From the human T2T-CHM13v2.0 reference genome, Homo sapiens, in NCBI RefSeq assembly GCF_009914755.1, contig NC_060930.1: a stretch of DNA of 64,000 nt, one strand, 5' to 3'. Both the position numbers and the translations under genes were made by a program. The notes under the pieces are model-generated. The model saw nothing but the letters and a program-made list of their open reading frames with translations. It did not search any database and was not told the DNA's origin. This document shows, one piece after another, positions 27,151 to 39,769 of this stretch (positions are counted from its first letter, which is position 1; each line of letters begins with the position of its first letter).

Positions 27151-27924
27151 AAATGCTGCATCAAGGATAGCTGGAGTCTGCAGGGAGAATGGGGACGTCG
27201 GCTCTGATAGAGAAGGAGACACAGACCTGACTCAAAAGCACTTTCCTGCAGATTTCAATCCCTATAGAAAAGGACCAGCTGGAGGAAGAGCAATTGGCAA
27301 TTTTCATTTTGGGGAACTGGGTCTTCCCTGTCTCCTAACATTATCTTTCTAGTCTAGGACACAGACTGCACTCCTCACTCCCTGAAGACACATCCTGAAT
27401 CAGAATGACTCCCTTGTTACCAAGAAAAACATCACAATCCCACTATTCCCTGAAAAGTGTGAGCAACATCCTATTTTTGAGCAGATTCCCCAAGTAAATT
27501 CTTCCCCTGCCTCTGCTCTACTTCCTTCAAGGACACAGAGTCTTCAGTGTTTTGGTATCTGGGCTATGGGTGCTGAGAAGAGTTAGGTGGGAGTAAAAAA
27601 ACCTGCCATGTCATTTCATGTCTTTTCTCAAAAAATATGTTCTGAGCACCCAGTGTGTGTGTGCCATGGTTTCAGGAAGTGACTTTATCTTATCAGCTTC
27701 CTTTAGATGCCTCAAAGTAGCAGTTTGCTTTGAGGCTTGTGTTTTATTCTGAAGTACACATTTTCAGGTAGTATGGGTGAGCTTGTGAACCCCCTTACTA
27801 GACTTAGCCATAATTTATGTTTTTTGGGTCTTCCTCCATAATTATATCAAACATTTTTGCCATTTTCTGCATTTGCAATTTCCCCTACATCCATTCAAAA
27901 TTCAAGCCCACCTGTATTTGAGAG

Positions 27925-28082
27925 CCTAGCATTTCTCATATTTTAATGTGCAGATAAACAGCCTGGGGATATGGTGAAAATGTAGATTCTGATTCTGGGG
28001 TGGAACCTGAGGTTCTGCATCTCTAACACATTCCCAGGTGATGCTGATGCTGCCATCTTTGGACCACACTTTCAGTAGCAAT
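27925..28082. mobile_element. MER5A (hAT-Charlie) relic
   Basis: aaaatgtagattctgattc...ctgaggttctgcatctctaacacattcccaggtgatgctgatgctg...ggaccacactttcagtagca. Confidence 0.8.
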
Positions 28083-29208
28083 GTTTTAGACCCCTCTTCC
28101 CCATAGCCAGCGACAATCAGCGCATTTAGACACTAGTGCACACCCCTCACACACCAACAATTCTGACTTCGAGACAGTTCCTTGAACATATTTGCTTCCA
28201 CATGTTGTGTTCTGCAAGATTCTTCTTTACATTGTTATTAAGATTTAGTGGACAGCTCTACTCTGTATAATATAATGTGAGTATTTCATGTTGATGTTTA
28301 TAATGATTAATAATCTGTCACTGGCTTTCCCTTCCTTTCTCATTGAGTAAAAATACCTTCTCCTCTCTGGACCCTCTGCCATTTGGCACTGAACTGTTAT
28401 GTGTTGACATGAGTCTCTGCTCAGTAGGTCTCCAGTCCCTGATCTCTTCCATTGTCTACTTTGCTGTCTCTCTGCAGTGGGGATAGGTTTAGGGTCATTC
28501 TGGAGGGTCCAGATAGAGTAGGGGGTAGCACCCTTGGACCCTGGCATGGGAGACCCATGAACATTCATTGACCACATGGAGACACACTTAGGCTGTCTGG
28601 GAAGCCTCATTGTTGTGTCACCTTGGAGAGGCTCATGTCTGTGGCTGGGTTGGTAACCTGTGCTGCAGATCAGCCCCAGCCCCACATCTGGAGTTGTTAG
28701 GAACCACCCCTCCCCACCCCCTACCACAGGCCAGGGCCCTGTGTTTCCTTCAGGCTCTGGACTCTTAAAGTCTTGGGTTCTAACTAGGGCAACAGCTATG
28801 ACTATGTGATTCAGTATCTTAAGCCAGGTTCCCTTTAACTGGCGTAAATTTTAACTTATTTATTAAATAATTGTAGAATTTTGTTGCTAGAAGTAATCAG
28901 TTTTAATTTTTTTTTAGTATAATTGAGGCCCCAGCAGTTATACTAAAACTGCTGGGTAGAGGAATTGACCAGGTTTCTTTACCTGGCAAGGGTGATCTGG
29001 TTGTTAGTGATGGAGCCAAGAATCAGAAAGTTACAGACTCATAGTCTAGCTCTACTCAGCTCCATGAGAATCTCCTACTGATGACTCAACTTAAGGATAA
29101 ACAGAAACAATAAAGAGTAAAAGAGTAATAATATATTAGAAGTAGATATCTTTTACAAGATATCTAGATATGCTCAGGTAATAATCACTAGTTCTAAAGC
29201 TAGGATGA

Positions 29209-29510
<302 letters not shown>

Positions 29511-29563
29511 AGCTAGGATGATTCAGTCCATTAAAACAATTGAAAAGAACATAAGGCAAAAAG

Positions 29564-30084
29564 TGAGAACCAGCAGGACTGGTTTCACAAGGTAACAGGT
29601 CACAAAGACCCCGCAGTAAAGAAGCTGGCCAAACCACGCCAAAACCAAGATGGTAATAAAAGCCACCTCTGGTCTCTGTCACTGCTCATTACATGCTAAT
29701 TATAATACATTAGCATACCAAAAGAAACTCCCACCAGCACCGTGACAGTTTACAAATGCCATGAAATGTCTGGAAGTTACCCTATAAGGCCTGAAAGGTG
29801 GAGAAACTCACGGTTCTGAGACTTCCCCATCCCTTTCCTGGAAAACTCATAAATAATCCATCCCTTGTGTAGCATATGATCAAGAAATAACCATAAACAC
29901 AGACAACCAGCAGCCCTCAGGACTGCTTGTCTATAGAGTACGCACCCTTTTATTCCTTTACTTTCTTAATAAACTTGCTTTCATTTTACTCTGTCGGCTG
30001 GTTCTTGAGTTCCTCCCTGTGTGAAGCCAAGAACCCACATGGCCTCCCAGGCTGAACTCCAATTTGGGGGTTTACCCTGTGACA
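29564..30084 (+). mobile_element. MER41-family ERV1 solo LTR (MER41C-like)
   Basis: Long similarity to the LTR at 42530-43155 (acaggtcacaaagacc, aaaaccaagatgg, cactgctcatta, ctcccaccagcacc, aagaaataaccataaa, aataaacttg) but with different termini; ends ...tgtgaca. Confidence 0.8.
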
Positions 30085-31954
30085 CGTGTACTACTGCTAA
30101 TGGGCATTGTGTCCCGGGGTCAAGCACCCACACCTCCCCTCTCTTCTCACGTACAAAATGAGAGAGTTGAATCTCTAAACTTCCTAAGTCTGACATTCTA
30201 TGATTCCTTTGATTTCATGGCTCATATTGCAAGGTATGATAGATTTATGTAACCAATAATAACCACCCACTGACTCTGCTTTCAAACAGGTCTCCTTTAT
30301 GCTGAATTCTGTGCTGCAGGAGAAGCTTCAGGTCTCTTATGAATGGAATTTCAGGGTGTCTATTGGCATTAATGGTGGCAGACAACAATTTCAAAGGAAC
30401 AATATAAAATGAGGCAATTATTCATGTACTACAATTAAACCGCAGCCCATCTCCAGATATTCAGACCATTTAATCTCCAAATAGCAGGCATTTAACACCT
30501 CATCTGTGACCTGGGGGTTGACAGAACCACCTAGGACTCAGGACAGATAGCAGGAAAAGAGGTAACACTTAGGTAACACCTTCAGCTTGTCAAATTGTAT
30601 CACTGTTCATCAAAGGGAAACACACACATGTAGCCATGAAGTTTGAAAGGCATCCTGGACTACCTCTGCTGTGGAAGAAGAGGCTTGCCAGGGTTTTCAG
30701 AACCCGAATTTGTGCTGTGGCTCTGTGTTGTGATTCTAGAGGGTTCTATAGTCCTAGCATCCCAGGGCCTGAGGCTTACTAGACATTTCTCTTCCCTTTG
30801 GCTGGTGTCTATGTTATGTGTTTCTTTGGACTGACATTTGGCTTTCTAGAGCTGCTTGGTTCAGCATGCCATGTTGCATTTCACTTTGTACATAGACAAC
30901 AGTGTTCCATGTAATAGTTGTGTGTGTGAGGGAAGTTTTAGTGAAGGTACTTTTGATTCCTAGAGTCCTTGATTTCCTTTGAAGCAATCATGCCACTCCA
31001 AAATGGCATAATTTCAAAATAAATATTAATATGCAAAGTCTTCATCATGCTCAGGGGCCCTTTTAGCTGTAGAGTACAGCCTGGATGACTGGTCTACTCT
31101 GCAAAAGACTTGTGCTAATGCAGCTGTTAATGTTACGGGATTTCTCTAACTCATCAGTTCTCATGAAGTAAAAAATGTGTATACTTCACTCCATTTAGGT
31201 AAACACGGATCTCTAGCCTCCACCAAAACACAACATAAAAACTAAGAAAGTCCTGGGAGTGAAAAGAAGGTCATTTTGCATATTACTCAAATTATATTCA
31301 CCCGTCTCTCCTCCCGCTTTTAACAGAATTTGTTTATGTATTTTTTTCTTTATGGAGAGGATTTGGGCTGAATATGGAAATTTTCCCATTACCATTCAGC
31401 TTCAGAATGTTGTTTCCCCCAAGTTTCTCATGATAAAAAGACTGAGATTCAGAGCCGAACTGCTGGCAGCTGAATTTCATTAAGACTTTGATGGGAAACT
31501 TAAGTTGGAATTACAAACATCTGTGGTTAAACTTCCCTTTAGTAAACCATTTCCCAGAATTTAACTTTACCACACCAAGAGCCAAAAAGAAAAACAGTTG
31601 AAAAAAGAATGCTGCTCTTTTGCAAATATGAGTAGGTATTTAAATATTCTTCTGTATGGTCACTATACATCAATAGACTAGGTTTACTTATTTTAGAAAA
31701 AAATGATTGTTTGGAAATGCTAAGGTTTGGACTCAAAGCATATACTAGCAATCTGGTTTTAATGGCTTTTAACCAATCAAAGTTCTCAAAATTATGTCTG
31801 GCCATCATTATATTTATGTGGTTACTATAAGCCAGAAAAAACTCTAAAGTAGGGGAGTGTTTTTGGCATTTTAATTCAAGAAACTGTGACAAGTCAGATT
31901 TAGTATTTAATTATGAGAGGAAAAAAGGTATTATCCTTGTCATATCAAAGCTGC

Positions 31955-32253
31955 TTTTTTTTTTTTTTTTTTGAGATAGAGTCTCGCTCTGTCGCCCAGG
32001 CTGGAGTGCAATGGCACAATCTCCGCTCACTGCAACCTCCGCCTCCCGAGTTCAAGGAATTCTCTGCTTCAGCCTCCCAAGTAGCTGGGATTACAGGCAC
32101 CTGCCACCATGTCCAGCTAATTTTTTTGTATTTTTAGTAGAGGCGGGGTCTCACCATCTTGGCCAGGCTGGTCTTGAACTCCTGACTTTGTGATCCACCC
32201 ATCTTGGCCTCCCAAAGTGTTGGGATTACAGGCGTGAGCCACCGTGCCCAGCT
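31955..32253 (-). mobile_element. Alu (AluS-type)
   Basis: Poly(T) followed by a reverse Alu body. Confidence 0.95.
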
Positions 32254-32589
32254 GCTGTTGGCTTTTTTCTTTAGCTTTTCTAGGGATTTAGCATTCATTT
32301 CTCTTAACTGCTCAGATCCTCCTATTGCTGGGGAAAGGCTGTTTAAAGAACCATAAAAGACACAATGATTATAAAAACTAAATGACAGCCTTCTTCTCCA
32401 ATGTTGGATAATCAGCAAATTTTAAGCAAAAGTTAAAAGTACTCGAATTTATGGAATAAGTAAAGAGTTTGATAACAAAATACTTTTAACAAGATAGTGT
32501 AGAGCTTTACCTGAAGATAGACAGAGGCAGAGAGTGGAAAAATGAGGGAAAGGAAGGAGGGACAGACTGAGAGAAATGAGGGCTAACTT

Positions 32590-32780
32590 TGTGTTGGGCA
32601 GCTTACATATATTATTTCATTTAAATTTCACAAGAATTTTGCAAGGCAGGTGTATTTCTATTTATTTTACAATCAAAGGAACTGAGTATCTAAAAGATGG
32701 TCCAATTTGCCCAAAGTCAAACAGCTAGAAAGTTGTGGAGCTGGATTCACAGCGCATCTGTCTGGTTGTAAGCCCATATT
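32590..32780 (-). mobile_element. MIR relic
   Basis: ttttacaatcaaaggaactgag...ttgcccaaagtcaaacagctag...ggagctggattc. Confidence 0.65.
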
Positions 32781-33139
32781 CTGCCTGTAACGAAAGGTGA
32801 ACTTCAAAATATTGTAAAGCAGAGGCTGCAAATAAATGATCTTTAGGCTGAATCTGGCCCTCAGATGTACTCAGCCTACAGGGCATTAAAAAAAATTTGA
32901 GTCAGCAATTTCACTTATGAATCCAAATTCTGTCTTCTTTTGAAAAAGACACAACAAAACAAAACAAAACCAGAAGACCTGGCAATGCTGAGAGGTGGCT
33001 GCCACTCTGGAAGAGGGATTCTTCCATTTCCTGTTATCGAGGCCCACCACTCACAGGATGCGTTTCTTTACCGAGCTAGATTCACTCAATTCTTTTTTAC
33101 CTGGCCCCTATAAGACTCCAAGTCTTAAAACTTTCTCTG

Positions 33140-34000
<861 letters not shown>

Positions 34001-34596
34001 AAGACTTCCTCTGGTTAAATCAGAGAACCCTGGAACACTAGGGAATGGAATTCTTTACTTTTTAGCAATGTTATAATAAATTCCATAACATAGACCAGGT
34101 ATTCCATAGGTAATACTGTTATGAATTTCCTACTTATTAATCTAAATCAACAGCTTTTAAGATAGACTGTAGCATCACGTGGAGGACACACCCTAGAATA
34201 TCATTATAAAGAGAAAATAGGATAAGGAGACTCTATAGTTGAAAAAAAAAGTGCTCTATCAGGAAGACTCCCTGGTATACAGAAAGCAGAGAAAGGAATA
34301 TGAAAATTTGGTTAAGGTAATTACCACTCTTAAATGTCAATGAACTCATCTGTAAAATGGGTATAATTTTCACTATTTAGTATTAAGACAATTCATGGAG
34401 GTTGATGGGACATAGTAGAAGTCAACAAGTATTAGTTTTTTTCTTTCTTACGTGAGTAGTTTTAAAAAGTAGTCATTAGGCTAGACGGAGAAGGGAAGTT
34501 ATCTCAACTTTTTGTAACTTATGCTACTCATCTAACAAGCACTGCAAAAATGGTCTTTAAATTGCATTTTATATTTCTTCATTTAAAGAAATTCCC

Positions 34597-34901
<305 letters not shown>

Positions 34902-37900
34902 GGAATTCCCAAAACTTTGACTAGAAGTATTCCTATATATATTTCTATTTACCTAATCACCTCTTCCTAGCTACTTTTGCACAGTTGAACTGCTTTTATA
35001 AACTCCTTCCTAGCTGTGCTGCTTACAAGCAGGGGCCTGGGCAAATGCTCTGTGCCTCGGTTTCTATGTGTATCAAATGAGATAATAACGATACCAGTCA
35101 CATTGATTTGTCATGAAAGTTACTGGAAATTACTCATGGGAAGTGTTTACATCAGTATCGGCATGTGGTAAGTACTCAACGAGTATCAGCTATGAGCCAT
35201 ACTATTATTGCTATTACCACCACTGCTATATTCCAGTTCTTCTAAAATAAGGTTTTTGAAGCCTATTTTGGTGTTTGGCAAGTAAGTTTTGTGCCCTACT
35301 GGTCTAGCACAGGAATAATACTTTTTTCACATTACCTCCATGGCACTTACCTTGTAGCCACTCTTATAGAATGTTAGTACATTGTTCTGTATATAATGGC
35401 CACTTATTTTTTTTCTCTCTTCAATTGCTCACCCCTGAGGGCAAAGATGAGACTATACCTTCTTTCTATTGCTCCTTGTACCTATTTTATTGCTCTTTCG
35501 AGGTAAGGCTCCAAACCAGCTTGTTGGGTGAATAAATGAATGAAATAATGACTGCATGTAAGGGGTTCAGATTACCTAATTGAATTGTTGGAACAGCAAT
35601 GTAGAGTGATAACCCAGGCTAGCAACTGGAGGTCTTAGTGTGATCTCAAGGGACCTTTTTCAAAGCAAGTGACCAAGATAAGAAAAAAGAAAGCAGATGG
35701 TTAAAGAGATCTAAAATGTTTTTATTAAACATTCTGCAATCTTTTAATGGCAGGACCCTAACAATGTGCTGGGACATGGGGTCACGTATCAACAAGGAAA
35801 AAAGTCAAGAGGAAAAGTCCCTCAGAGTTAGTCTGCTTTATAGAGTTTCTTTTTAGCAAGTCAGTTTTTCCAGTGTAAGGTATGTTCATGGGCACTGATC
35901 TTCTTGGAGTGAAGTTAACACAACAATAATGACAACAATAGCAAAACTGAGGTTTCTAGGAGAGAAATTCCTCTTTTCCCCTCTGAGGGGCAACTCATTG
36001 ACAACTCAATGTTGTCAATTGTATCCCTTATTCTATCATTTATCTGTGAAAGCCAGTAATAGCACCGTCACCTCCTCCACCACCTTCCACCTTGCCCTGT
36101 CAGAAGAGTCCTTGCCTTCTCAGTTTCTCAGTCTCTGTGTGGCTTCTTTCCAGCCACACAATGTAACCTCCAACCTCATGTTCTTGACCTTGTTTAGTTC
36201 CTACTTCTTTTTGATGGACAAGAATCTCATTCTTCCTAAGGACATTCTGTTACTGGCTTCTTGTGGGGGTGTTCCCATCTTCATTCCTGCCCCCACACCA
36301 GTTCTTTTCCATATCTACCATATCTATATTGGTCAAGAAGAGTTTGGCCTAGTTTTTCCTGCTATAGTGTGTGTGGTGGAATGAATAGACTTTCTTTTCC
36401 TTAATGTGAAATATTAGAATACTGATTATCATTATTGAAACTGCCCAGTCTTCCCTTTTGAGAATCACCTGTTGAGAATCACTGTTCTCACCATAAACTC
36501 AGCAATAAAGGACTCAGTAGATTAAGTGTCAAGAAGCAAAGGTGGGAAAATCCTCCCCACAACTAGTACGGAGTTACCCACAGGTGCTCTTCTTTTCAAA
36601 TACTTTGCATCTGGGGGGAAGCTTTGGCTTGTTTTACAAGGAAAAGAGGAGACTTCCTTTTTGGTCAGCCAACAATCTCTATCCTTTTATTCCGTGCATA
36701 TTTCATGTATTTGTTCCCCAGCTCACATGGAGCAATACAGCATGCCAGAGTTTGTGTCTTGGGCCAAGTACTCAGGGATGGAGAGTCCACAAGCTGGGCT
36801 ATTGAAGAGCTTAGGAGAACCTCAGGAAGGCCTTCAGCCAAGCACCTCCCACTGCTCCATGCTTGCCTTAATATTTTTCTTCATTCCCTCTGAAGGAGAA
36901 TTGCAGAATAACCATTCATATAAATCCAAGTAAAGAGAATGTATTTTTAGAATATCTTCCCATCCACACATTGAACCTCTCCCATGAATAATGTGTCCGT
37001 GTTCTCTTTCTCTCTCCACATATACACAAATACAGTCTCCTGAGCCAACCCAGTAAAGTGTTTGTACCATGTTATTAAGTCTCCGGAATGTATTTGGTTT
37101 AAGGTCTGGTTACTGCTATAAAGAGCATGGGAAACCTGATGGTGGGGCGTTGGGATCGCCATGGGACCGCAGGCTAACTGGAGGCATTATGTGAAACTAT
37201 GCAGTGGGAACATAATTACCTCAATCTCACCCTTTCTACACCATATACTTTGACCTTCCTGGAATGACTAATATCTTCTTTCTGTTTTTCAAAACTGAAG
37301 GCCTCCACTGGCATTCTGAACCTATTAGACTCTGACATTACTACAAATTTAATTCACTACGTGACATTTTTTTTCCAGCTGGAAGAATATAGATAAACAG
37401 ATATAATAATATTAAGTAAAAGAAAACCATAAACATAAGGTTCTAAGGAATATTCTCAAATAAGGGTTTCTTTTAATCTGATCATCATCCACATTTTTTA
37501 TAGTAACAATTGTAACAACTCTTGGCATATATAGGGCATTTATACTATGTCAAGCACTATGCTAAGCACTCTATTTTATCTAATTTCATTACAATAAAAG
37601 TATGAGGTATGAAGCAGGCATCAATAAATTCTGTCAGTATCAGTTTATCTGCAGTCTGGGGATCTGTAACTTGACCAAGGTCAAAGAGCTTGAAATTTCA
37701 ACTTGGGACCATCAGACTGAAAACCTGCAATCTGAAACACTTTGCTGTGCTGCCTTCCTATTATTTCACCAAACATATGAGCACATAAGAAATTTCCTAG
37801 GGTCTTAGCATTAATTTTAAGGTTCTCTAAAACTCAAAAAATTACTTTCCTATTTTTTTTGTGGGATGAGAGTTACAAAAAACAGTTGTATATGGCTTGT

Positions 37901-37904
37901 CTCT

Positions 37905-38078
37905 TTAGACCTAACAGATACAAATACAGGATGCCCGGATAAATTTGAATTTCAGATGAACAATGAAAACAAATTTTAATATAAATATGTCCTCTGCAGT
38001 ATTTGGGATGTGATCAAAATTCATTCATTATTTATCTGAAATTCACATTTGAGTGTCCTGCAATTTATCTGCCAATTT
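37905..38078. mobile_element. MER53 (hAT MITE, palindromic)
   Basis: aaatacaggatgcccggataaatttgaatttcagat...atctgaaattcacatttgagtgtcctg inverted arms match the MER53 consensus as recalled. Confidence 0.85.
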
Positions 38079-39221
38079 TACTCTTAAGTAAAATTAAGCA
38101 TTTCATTCAGGGACTTTACGTGCTCAAAGCAACAGGTGGAGATAATGCTTCCCTGGGGTTAATTCCAAGCCTGTAGAGAAGCAAAGCCTTCCCATTGCAT
38201 GAAGTCCCTCCTGGTCTGGCTTCTCCCCAAGTTTCTGGGTATGAAGTTGACCAGAAGCCATGCTCCCTCTTTTTCATGGAGGCTACATTTTATACCACAG
38301 TGAGAGGTTGGCATATTCTGACCCTGTCCACTCTCTTTTTTGGGGCAATGTGGGTAGGGCTTACTCTGAAGAAGGACCATGTTCATGCACCTTATTTTTA
38401 ATCATCAATAATTAATAACTATAATTGTACTAACAATTAACAGAATTCATAGCAATAATCCATGCATCAGTGATGTTAGAAATGGTGTCAATCCACATAA
38501 CTGTTTTAGTTGTACAGTTGCTGTAACCATAGCTATAGAGTGTGGTGTTTGTTTTGCTAGGTCAATTGCTCCTTCCTTTCCCATGAACTTAGGTGACTTT
38601 ATTTTCCTCCCTCTTAGCATGTCCCATGCAATGGGCATGCTGTTGTCTGTTTCAGTTCAGGGGTTCTTAAATCACTTGTTCTGGATTCATTCTCCTTTAC
38701 CAGACCTCTACATTCTGGTTTTGTTTCCAACTTAAAAGCTATTGTAAGGTATTCAAACAGCAGCTCTTTGAATAAACATATTATCAATAGCATATCCTGA
38801 GGCTTGATTTTAATGGAAACATCTTGTTTCTGGAATACAATGGCTCGTTTCTACTTAAGATACCCTCTCAGCAGTTGTCTAACAGCTCCTTTCATGACCA
38901 GCCACTCTCACTCACCCCCTCACCTTCCCTGCTGCAGAAGACTTCTTGTCTAATATGAGACAAAAAGATCCTGCAGTAGTGTTCCCACTGTCCTAACAGC
39001 ACAGAGGAGCAGGAAGCCAGTGACAGGGCACACACGTTAAGTGCCGTGGCTTGACAAAATGACTACTGGGACACGCAAGTGGCAGAAGTCACCGATGTGC
39101 TGCTGCAGTCCCCGGTGAGAGTCTAGCGGATGAACTCAGAGCACCAACACATGCACTCTCACCCCTTTGAGCAGACACATTCCGAAGCCTCAACTTTCAA
39201 CTCTCAACATCCAAATGCAAC

Positions 39222-39584
39222 TTACAAAGGAAAACTCTTTATTTCAAGTTTCCGAACTGACCTAGCCCAGGTGAAACTCTCAAGGCACTGGGGAGAGGAA
39301 AGAGGCGGAGAGAGAGAGAAGGACGAGTGTGGCACAGCCCGCGGGGGCGCAGGTGCCCCAGCAGGGTGGCAATGGCAGGGACACTGTACCTCGGCCGCAG
39401 GCGGCAGGCGTCCCAGAGCCACGCGGGGTTCGCTCGTCTCAGGCGGGTCTTGCCTGCCAACCGCTGAGCTCCCTTCAATGTCAAAAGGAAAAGCGTTGTC
39501 GTCCCCGGACGCGGCGCGGGAGCAGGCAGCGCTCCAGAGGAGCCACAGAGGCAGAACCGAGCGCCAGGCTGAGCTCAAAGCCAT
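39222..39584 (-). CDS. LAMA4: Short 120-aa LAMA4 isoform (exon 2 read-through into intron 2, intronic polyadenylation)
   Basis: The frame stays open for 55 codons past the exon 2 donor to TAA at 39224-39222, with AATAAA at 39243-39238. Matches my recollection of an annotated short LAMA4 isoform. Confidence 0.8.
   Translation of the reverse strand: MALSSAWRSVLPLWLLWSAACSRAASGDDNAFPFDIEGSSAVGRQDPPETSEPRVALGRLPPAAEVQCPCHCHPAGAPAPPRAVPHSSFSLSPPLSSPQCLESFTWARSVRKLEIKSFPL
39238..39243 (-). terminator. Intronic poly(A) signal AATAAA for the short isoform
   Basis: Plus-strand TTTATT. On the minus strand it is followed by a CA about 21 nt downstream (39217-39216) and U/GU-rich sequence TTTGGATGTTGAGAGTTG. 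Confidence 0.7.
39390..39584 (-). CDS. LAMA4: LAMA4 exon 2 coding part (65 codons: signal peptide MALSSAWRSVLPLWLLWSAACSRA plus N-terminal segment)
   Basis: ATG in strong context (GAAATGG, -3 G, +4 G) and a hydrophobic signal peptide; recognised LAMA4 N-terminus; donor GAG|GTACAG after codon 65. Confidence 0.97.
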
Positions 39585-39725
39585 TTCTCCGCTGACATCC
39601 AGTAGTGCTCTTCCAGGGCTCGGGCGCTGTGGGTCTCCGTAGGTCTCCCGCGTGGTGCGGCGGTGCCTCGCTTATTTTCCCTCCTCTCCGTGTGCAGTAT
39701 CCCGAGGTGGCTGCGCAACCAGCAG
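39585..39725 (-). other. LAMA4: LAMA4 exon 2, 5' UTR part
   Basis: Acceptor with pyrimidine tract ctttccctttatttcctaag|CTGCTG at 39726/39725. Confidence 0.8.
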
Positions 39726-39769
39726 CTTAGGAAATAAAGGGAAAGTGCGAGAGTAAGGGAGAGTTCCAG

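Noticed and set aside
28245-28727. 160-aa minus-strand ORF in intron 2 (likewise 35929-36384, 13980-14387, 60369-60806)
   Set aside because: No recognisable domain, coding-like composition or convincing splice or Kozak context; lengths are compatible with chance in 64 kb.
28975-28990. Other CAG|GTAAAG motifs on the minus strand (about 28983 and 9591) as recursive sites
   Set aside because: They lack the upstream polypyrimidine tract present at 32511.
35344-35356. Strong minus-strand donor AAG|GTAAGT in intron 2 (also AAG|GTAAGA near 10910)
   Set aside because: No convincing upstream acceptor found by eye; isolated consensus donors are common in long introns.
39130-39642. 170-aa plus-strand ORF antisense to LAMA4 exon 2
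   Set aside because: Expected stop-codon scarcity in a GC-rich CpG island opposite a real CDS; no recognisable domain.
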